Positions 58,410 to 64,000 of a stretch of 64,000 nt of DNA are shown one piece after another. Made by a program: the position numbers and the translations under genes. Each line of letters starts with the position of its first letter. Positions within the stretch are counted from its first letter, which is position 1. Where the stretch lies: assembly GCA_963727625.1 (NCBI GenBank), contig CAVSHR010000006.1:256001-320000 (forward strand), in the 5' to 3' direction. The DNA is from an uncultured delta proteobacterium (lineage in GTDB: Bacteria; Desulfobacterota; Binatia; UBA9968). A model generated the notes under the pieces. That model had not been told where the DNA came from, made no database searches, and worked only from the letters and a program-made list of their open reading frames with translations.

Positions 58410-60197
58410 ATGGCAACCAACAGCGCGGCAGGCATGACTTGGAATTTAAGCGATCTCTTCGCGGCCCACGATGATCCCAAGATCGCGGCGACCCTTGACG
58501 ACTGTCACGTGGGCGCCGAACGGTTCGCTCGACGATTCCGGCCGCTGATGCAGAATCCGGAAAGCCTCAGCGCCGGCGTGATCCGACAGGCGCTCGAGGA
58601 ACTTGAAATAATTTACGAGGCTATGGGCCGCGTCGACAGTTACGCGGGCCTGCTCTACGCCGCCGATACGACAAACCCGGAATATCAAAACTTCGAGCAA
58701 CGAGTCGAGCAGCGCTCCACGGAGATTCGCAATCTGCTGCTGTTTTTCGAGCTCGAATGGCTCAAGCTTGACGCTATGATCGCGGATCGGCTGCTCGCCG
58801 ACCCGGCGCTGAAAAATTTTCAGCATTATCTCGCAAGCCTAAGGCGTTACCGGCCGCACACCCTGACGGAACCGGAAGAAAAAATCATCAATGAAAGGGA
58901 TAACACCGGACGCAACGCCTTTGGCCGGTTATTTTCCGAGGTCACCTCATCGCTGACCTTCAAGTTAGAAAAAGACGGTACACAAGAAGAGCTAAATCTC
59001 AGCCAGATACTTTCTTTGCTGCACGAACCCAACCGCGCGCTGCGCCAACACGCTATGGAGACGCTCTATGAGGGGCTTTCGCAGCACGGCCAGGTGCTGA
59101 CTTTCATCTATGACACGCTCATCCAAGATAATCTGACCATGGACCGGCTGCGCAAATATCCCGACCCGATGGCCCAGCGCCATCTGTTTAATGAAATTGA
59201 CAGCGCGGCGGTCAAAACCATGATGGCCGTGGCAGAAAATAACTACGGCCTGGCGCAAGATTACTTTCGGCTCAAAGCAAAACTGCTCAAGCTGCCGCGC
59301 CTGGCGCTTTACGACCAGTACGCCCCGGTCGGCAAAGAGGTGAGACCGTTCCCATACCAGCAAGCCCGGCAGGTGATTCTCGAAGCCTTCGAGGCCTTCG
59401 ACCCAACCTTTCGGCAAATTGCCACGGAGTTTTTCGCTAAGAACTGGATCGATGCCGAGATTCGCAAAGGCAAGCGCGGCGGCGCCTTCTGCTCTTCGCC
59501 TTCGCCAAAGCTGCATCCCTACATCCTGTGTAACTACGACGACAACCTGCGCGACGTCATGACCGTCGCCCATGAGCTCGGTCATGGGCTGCACGGCTGG
59601 CTGAGCCGCAAGCAAAATTATTTCAATTACGACACGACGCTGACCACCGCCGAAACCGCCTCGGTGTTCGGCGAGATGCTCGTTTTCGATTATCTGCTTA
59701 AGCAGCAAACCGATCCGCAGGTGCAGATTGCGCTCCTCGCCGGCAAGCTCGAAGATCTCTTCGCCACCGTGTTTCGCCAGAACGTGTTGACGCGCTTCGA
59801 AGAGTCGGTCTTCGCGGCGCGAAAGGAAAAACGACTGACGCCCGACACCCTAGGCAGGCTTTGGCTCGACGCCAACGGTAAATACTACGGTGACGCTGTC
59901 GACCTGTCCGACGGCTATCGCTGGGGCTGGTCCTACATCCCGCACTTCATCCACTCGCGCTTTTACTGCTACAGCTACGTCTTCGGCCAGCTCTTGGTCC
60001 TTGCACTCTACCGAATCTACAAAGACGAAGGAGAAAGCTTCGTCCCGAAGTATTGTGCGCTCCTGGAAGCCGGCGGCGCGGATTCGCCGGAGGCGCTGCT
60101 TCATCCGCTGGGCGTGAAGATTCACTCTGCCGAGTTTTGGCAGAAAGGATTCGAAGAAATCAAGTCTTTGCTCGCGCGGCTCCAGAAGTTAATTTAA
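58410..60197 (+). CDS. pepF: M3 family oligoendopeptidase F
   Basis: WNLSDL, GKRGGAFC, AHELGH, AETASVFGE and YIPHF...FYCYSY motifs. Confidence 0.9.
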   Translation: MATNSAAGMTWNLSDLFAAHDDPKIAATLDDCHVGAERFARRFRPLMQNPESLSAGVIRQALEELEIIYEAMGRVDSYAGLLYAADTTNPEYQNFEQRVEQRSTEIRNLLLFFELEWLKLDAMIADRLLADPALKNFQHYLASLRRYRPHTLTEPEEKIINERDNTGRNAFGRLFSEVTSSLTFKLEKDGTQEELNLSQILSLLHEPNRALRQHAMETLYEGLSQHGQVLTFIYDTLIQDNLTMDRLRKYPDPMAQRHLFNEIDSAAVKTMMAVAENNYGLAQDYFRLKAKLLKLPRLALYDQYAPVGKEVRPFPYQQARQVILEAFEAFDPTFRQIATEFFAKNWIDAEIRKGKRGGAFCSSPSPKLHPYILCNYDDNLRDVMTVAHELGHGLHGWLSRKQNYFNYDTTLTTAETASVFGEMLVFDYLLKQQTDPQVQIALLAGKLEDLFATVFRQNVLTRFEESVFAARKEKRLTPDTLGRLWLDANGKYYGDAVDLSDGYRWGWSYIPHFIHSRFYCYSYVFGQLLVLALYRIYKDEGESFVPKYCALLEAGGADSPEALLHPLGVKIHSAEFWQKGFEEIKSLLARLQKLI

Positions 60198-60305
60198 GCG
60201 GCCCTGGCGGCTATGCGATGGCGCGCAATTGCAGCAGCATGGCGGCGAACTTCCGTTGCCCGTTAACATGCCCACCCGTGGGATTAAACCGGCTTTTCGC
60301 TTGTC

Positions 60306-61748
60306 TCACTTAATCTTAAAAGTCGGCGGCACCACTTCATCAACCGTCTTTCCCGTCCAGTGCCACTTGGGCACACTGTCCCAAACCTGTTCGCCTTTGG
60401 TTTGAACTTTATCCAGCAACTCCTGCTCGTCTAGCCGCAGGTACTTGCCATTGTCGACCAGCGTTTCGCCGTCGACGATGACCGTGCGAACGTCGCGGCT
60501 CACGGCGGTTTCCATCAGCGAGCGGATCGGATCGTGCACGGCGCCGAAGGCGATGTCGCGCAGGTTGATCATTGAAATGTCGGCCTTCGCGCCTTTTTGC
60601 AGCCGGCCGAGATCGTCGCGGCCAAGCATTTTGGCGCCGCCGAGGGTAATCGCGTTGAACACGTCGCGCGGGTGGCCGGCAAGAAAACTTTTGTCGGCGA
60701 CTCTCGACGCGATCGCCGCATAGCGCATATCGGATAAAATATCTTTGGGAAAAGTGTCCGTGCCGATGCCCATATTGATGCCGGCCTGGCGATATTTATC
60801 GAAAGACTCCATCAAAATCCCGAGTTTTAAATATTTCAGCGGGCTGTAGGCCACCGACGCGCCGGAGTCGGCGATGATTTTAAGATCGTCGCCGTAGGGA
60901 TAGGCGAGCCAGCTGTGGCCGCTGACGAAGATACAATGGGACAGGGACACTTCGGGATCGAGAAAGCCGATCTTTTTGAGCAGCTCGATGGGCGTGCAAC
61001 GCTCGCGCTGCATCACGGTATGAAATTCAAAAAGGTTGATCGTCGCGTGTATCTGCACGCGCACGCCGAGTTCCTTGGCCGCGTTGCGGGTGTCTTTCAA
61101 AAGCGCCGGCGTGCAGGAGTCGACATGGCCCGGAAACAGCAACGTCGTCATGCGCCCGCCACACGCGCCGTTGAACTTCCTGGCGAAGTCGACGGCTCTC
61201 TTGAGGCCATCGCTGCCCCGCGTATCGTCCCAGTCATACTCCCATCGGCCTTCGCGATCGTGGAAAAAATTGACGTTCTTGTAGCTCGGACCGGCGGCGC
61301 AACGAATGCCCACTTGATCGATCATGTCGACGTAGCGCTCCGGTTCGCCGCCGGCACCGCCAATATCGAACGTGGTGGTCACACCGCTCTTCAAGACGTG
61401 AATCAAGGAAAAGCGCTGGCCGATATCGACGTCCTTCAAATGCGCCGAGTGCGCGCCCTCGCGCGTCGGTCCGCCGTGGGCCAAATAATTGGAAGCGAAA
61501 AAATCGGTCTTGGTCGAGTCGTTGAGTAAATAGTCGCTAGCGTTGATGCCGGAGTGAAAATGGGTGTCGACAAAACCCGGCGAAACCAGGCAGCCCGTGG
61601 CATCGATTTTTTTTTCTACCGGCTGCGCATATTCCTTGCCCACAAACTCCACGCGATCGCTGTCGAACACCACGACGCCGTTTTTGATTATTTCATGCTC
61701 ATTCCCGTCGAAACCGACGACGTAACCGCCTTGGATCAGTGTTTTCAT
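60306..61748 (-). CDS. Metal-dependent amidohydrolase (chlorohydrolase/deaminase family)
   Basis: PGFVDTHFH, VQIH, LSHC, GIGTD and G.L..GAKAD motifs. Confidence 0.85.
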   Translation of the reverse strand: MKTLIQGGYVVGFDGNEHEIIKNGVVVFDSDRVEFVGKEYAQPVEKKIDATGCLVSPGFVDTHFHSGINASDYLLNDSTKTDFFASNYLAHGGPTREGAHSAHLKDVDIGQRFSLIHVLKSGVTTTFDIGGAGGEPERYVDMIDQVGIRCAAGPSYKNVNFFHDREGRWEYDWDDTRGSDGLKRAVDFARKFNGACGGRMTTLLFPGHVDSCTPALLKDTRNAAKELGVRVQIHATINLFEFHTVMQRERCTPIELLKKIGFLDPEVSLSHCIFVSGHSWLAYPYGDDLKIIADSGASVAYSPLKYLKLGILMESFDKYRQAGINMGIGTDTFPKDILSDMRYAAIASRVADKSFLAGHPRDVFNAITLGGAKMLGRDDLGRLQKGAKADISMINLRDIAFGAVHDPIRSLMETAVSRDVRTVIVDGETLVDNGKYLRLDEQELLDKVQTKGEQVWDSVPKWHWTGKTVDEVVPPTFKIK

Positions 61749-61898
61749 CCCTCAGGCCTTTCGGATTTAGTTAGATTGTCGAGCAGAGGCAGGACTAACA
61801 AAAGACTTGAATCAAGACAAGCGTGCCATTGCGCTAAAGCAATTGCACCTTTAAGAAACGCCCTCGAAGAAATGAGTGACCGGCGCAAGACCGCCCGA

Positions 61899-62933
61899 CT
61901 AAACGGCAAAACGGAAATGGATAATGTCAGCATCCTTGACGACGTACTCTTTGCCTTCGAGACGCAGCTTGCCGGCTTCTTTGCATTTGGCTTCGCTTTC
62001 ATGAACGATGAAATCTTCGTAGGCGACGACCTCGGCGCGAATGAAGCCGCGCTCGATATCGCTGTGGATCTTTCCCGCGGCTTTTTTGGCGACAGTCCCC
62101 TGGGCAATCGTCCAGGCGCGCACCTCGTCTTCTCCCGCGGTGAAAAAACTGATCAGATCCATGAGCGCGTAGGACGCGCGAATGAAGCGCTCCCGCGCCG
62201 GCTCTTGGACGCCAATTTCCCGCAGGAAGGCGGCGCGATCGCTTTCGTCGAGCTGCGTGATCTCCATCTCGACTTTTCCGGAGAGCGCCAGTCCTCGCAA
62301 TCCCCGGCGGGTGAGTTCCTCTCGATGGGCAGCATTAAGCGGCTGTCCGGCTTTCTCCTCGGACTGGTTGAAAATCACCAGCACGGGCTTGCGGCTGAGA
62401 AAACCGAAGCCGGAGGCCAGGTTTTCTTCGTCTACACTGAAGCCAAGATTTCTGAGACTCTCTTCGTTCTCCAGCGCCGCAGCACAGCGCGCGAGCAACG
62501 CTTCTTCCTGCGGCCTGGCTTTTTCTTTTTTGATCCGGTTGCGCCGGTTTTCGACCACGGTAAGATCGGCCAGAATCATCTCGGTGAGGAGCGCGTTCAA
62601 CTCTTTTAATGGTGTGGCGTCAGCATTGTAATCGCCGAGCACGAGCGTGATTGCTTCGACTTCGCGCATTTGAGTCACCAGCGCGTTATTCGACTTGAAA
62701 TCCTCTTCGCCTTGGCTCGGCGGAAAATCGGTGAAGCGTATTTCCGCGAAGGTGGTCTTTTTCGGCTTAAAGATCTTCGACAGCTTGTCGATGCGCGAGT
62801 CGGGGACCTTGATAACACCGAGGTGAACTTCTTCCTTGCCGCCGAAACCGCCGATCTGTGCCTGAAGCCCCGTGAGCATGTTGAAAATGGTGGTTTTCCC
62901 CGCGCCCCGATGGCCGATCAATCCTACTTTCAT
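61899..62933 (-). CDS. Divergent YchF-like protein (DUF933/TGS C-terminus)
   Basis: C-terminus SFFTAGEDEVRAW...AAGKIHSDIERGFIRAEV...RLEGKEYVVKDADII is typical of YchF. P-loop is GHRGAGKT. Confidence 0.85.
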   Translation of the reverse strand: MKVGLIGHRGAGKTTIFNMLTGLQAQIGGFGGKEEVHLGVIKVPDSRIDKLSKIFKPKKTTFAEIRFTDFPPSQGEEDFKSNNALVTQMREVEAITLVLGDYNADATPLKELNALLTEMILADLTVVENRRNRIKKEKARPQEEALLARCAAALENEESLRNLGFSVDEENLASGFGFLSRKPVLVIFNQSEEKAGQPLNAAHREELTRRGLRGLALSGKVEMEITQLDESDRAAFLREIGVQEPARERFIRASYALMDLISFFTAGEDEVRAWTIAQGTVAKKAAGKIHSDIERGFIRAEVVAYEDFIVHESEAKCKEAGKLRLEGKEYVVKDADIIHFRFAV

Positions 62934-63042
62934 GGAAGGAATCTCCCAATGCTGAAATCAAAAAAATCAGTCTAGCAGGAAACGGCGGAGGAATAAATTG
63001 CGGCTGGCAATTGATCGGCCGAAAAATATCGGCTGGCGGAGT

Positions 63043-63095
63043 AAACAAAAAACACCCAGCTTCAGTGCCACGATGATGACAAACCCGAAGCTGGG
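63043..63095 (-). terminator. Rho-independent terminator after the degP-like gene
   Basis: Minus strand cccagcttc...gaagctggg followed by tgttttttgttt. Confidence 0.7.
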
Positions 63096-63123
63096 CGGTA
63101 CCGAACCTGACTTCGATCTAGAA

Positions 63124-64000
63124 TCAGCGTTTCAAGGCTAGGAACAGGCTGGATTGTCCCCGTTGAACCAAAAAGAGCACCGATTTTCCTTTTTCGTTGC
63201 GGTTCAATTCACGGTTATAATCCGCCAGGTTATTGACCGAACGGCGGTTGACCTGGGTGATCACGTCGCCCGATCGTAATCCCGCTTCCTCAGCGGCGCT
63301 GTCGGGGCTAACCGCCGTGACGACGATTCCCTGGGCACGATCCAAGCCCAGGCTCCGGGCGATCTCAGGTGTTACCGGTTGCACGGTTAAACCTAAATCG
63401 CCCTCCTGCCCGGAGGCGACGATCTCATTTTCTTTCATTTCGCCGACCGTGATCGGCAGGGAAATTTCCTTGCCGTCGCGCATAACTTTGAGCTGTACGG
63501 TGGTGCCGGGGGTGACGCGCGCGACTACGGTAGGCAGATCGGAAGAATCCTTGATCTCTTTGCGGTTGAACTCGATGATGATGTCGCCCGTCTTGATGCC
63601 GGCGCGCTCCGCCGGGCCGCCTTTCACGACATCCGCTACCAAGGCGCCGTTATTGTGCTTTAGACCGAGCGACTCGGCGATTTCAGGCGTGATCTTCTGC
63701 ACGGTCGTGCCGAGGAAGCCGCGAACCACTCGGCCTTTTTCTCTCAACTGCGGCAATAACTCTTTGACTGAATTGGTCGGAATCGCGAAGCCGATGCCGA
63801 TGTTGCCGCCTGACTGACTAAAAATCGCCGTGTTGATGCCGACCACCTCGCCGCGCAAATTGATCAAAGGACCACCGGAGTTACCCGGATTGATCGAGGC
63901 GTCGGTTTGAATGAAATTATCGTAGGGTCCGGAGCCGATCTGACGCCCTTTAGCGCTGACGATACCGGAGGTCACCGTGTGGTCGAGGCCAAAGGGATTA
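63124..64000 (-). CDS. DegP/DegQ (Do family) serine protease with two PDZ domains, 5'-partial
   Basis: [16 protein letters not shown] and [16 protein letters not shown] motifs, two PDZ domains, frame open to the window end. Confidence 0.93.
   Translation of the reverse strand, partial: NPFGLDHTVTSGIVSAKGRQIGSGPYDNFIQTDASINPGNSGGPLINLRGEVVGINTAIFSQSGGNIGIGFAIPTNSVKELLPQLREKGRVVRGFLGTTVQKITPEIAESLGLKHNNGALVADVVKGGPAERAGIKTGDIIIEFNRKEIKDSSDLPTVVARVTPGTTVQLKVMRDGKEISLPITVGEMKENEIVASGQEGDLGLTVQPVTPEIARSLGLDRAQGIVVTAVSPDSAAEEAGLRSGDVITQVNRRSVNNLADYNRELNRNEKGKSVLFLVQRGQSSLFLALKR

Overview
A GC-rich bacterial chromosomal window. Gene content (many amidohydrolases, orphan NMT1-type binding proteins, deltaproteobacterial-style housekeeping genes) suggests Candidatus Binatia/Binatota or a related lineage; this is inference, not a database result. 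It holds about 58 CDS. From left to right: glcF/glcE, a LysM lytic transglycosylase, a CADD/TenA-like diiron protein, assorted catabolic enzymes, a large class A PBP, queE, a double-length uvrA, thiD, pyrF, proS, ispG, a rearranged gyrB-gyrA-gpsA-rpmH-rnpA-yidD-yidC-jag block with no dnaA/dnaN/recF, a B12 module (degenerate cobS, riboswitch-tonB, riboswitch-btuB-cobQ-btuM-like), a probable non-decarboxylating glutaryl-CoA dehydrogenase, and a protease-rich right end. There are two clear pseudogenes. I saw no rRNA, tRNA, CRISPR array or transposase. The best hidden signal is at 25358-26128 (-): the ORF track truncates this gene because it carries an in-frame TGA in a U-x-x-C redox motif, followed by a SECIS-like hairpin, which points to a glutaredoxin-DinB fusion selenoprotein. 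The second is a dispersed family of 7-9 nt periodic hairpin elements that has entered a cobalamin riboswitch twice and the UvrA inter-module linker once.
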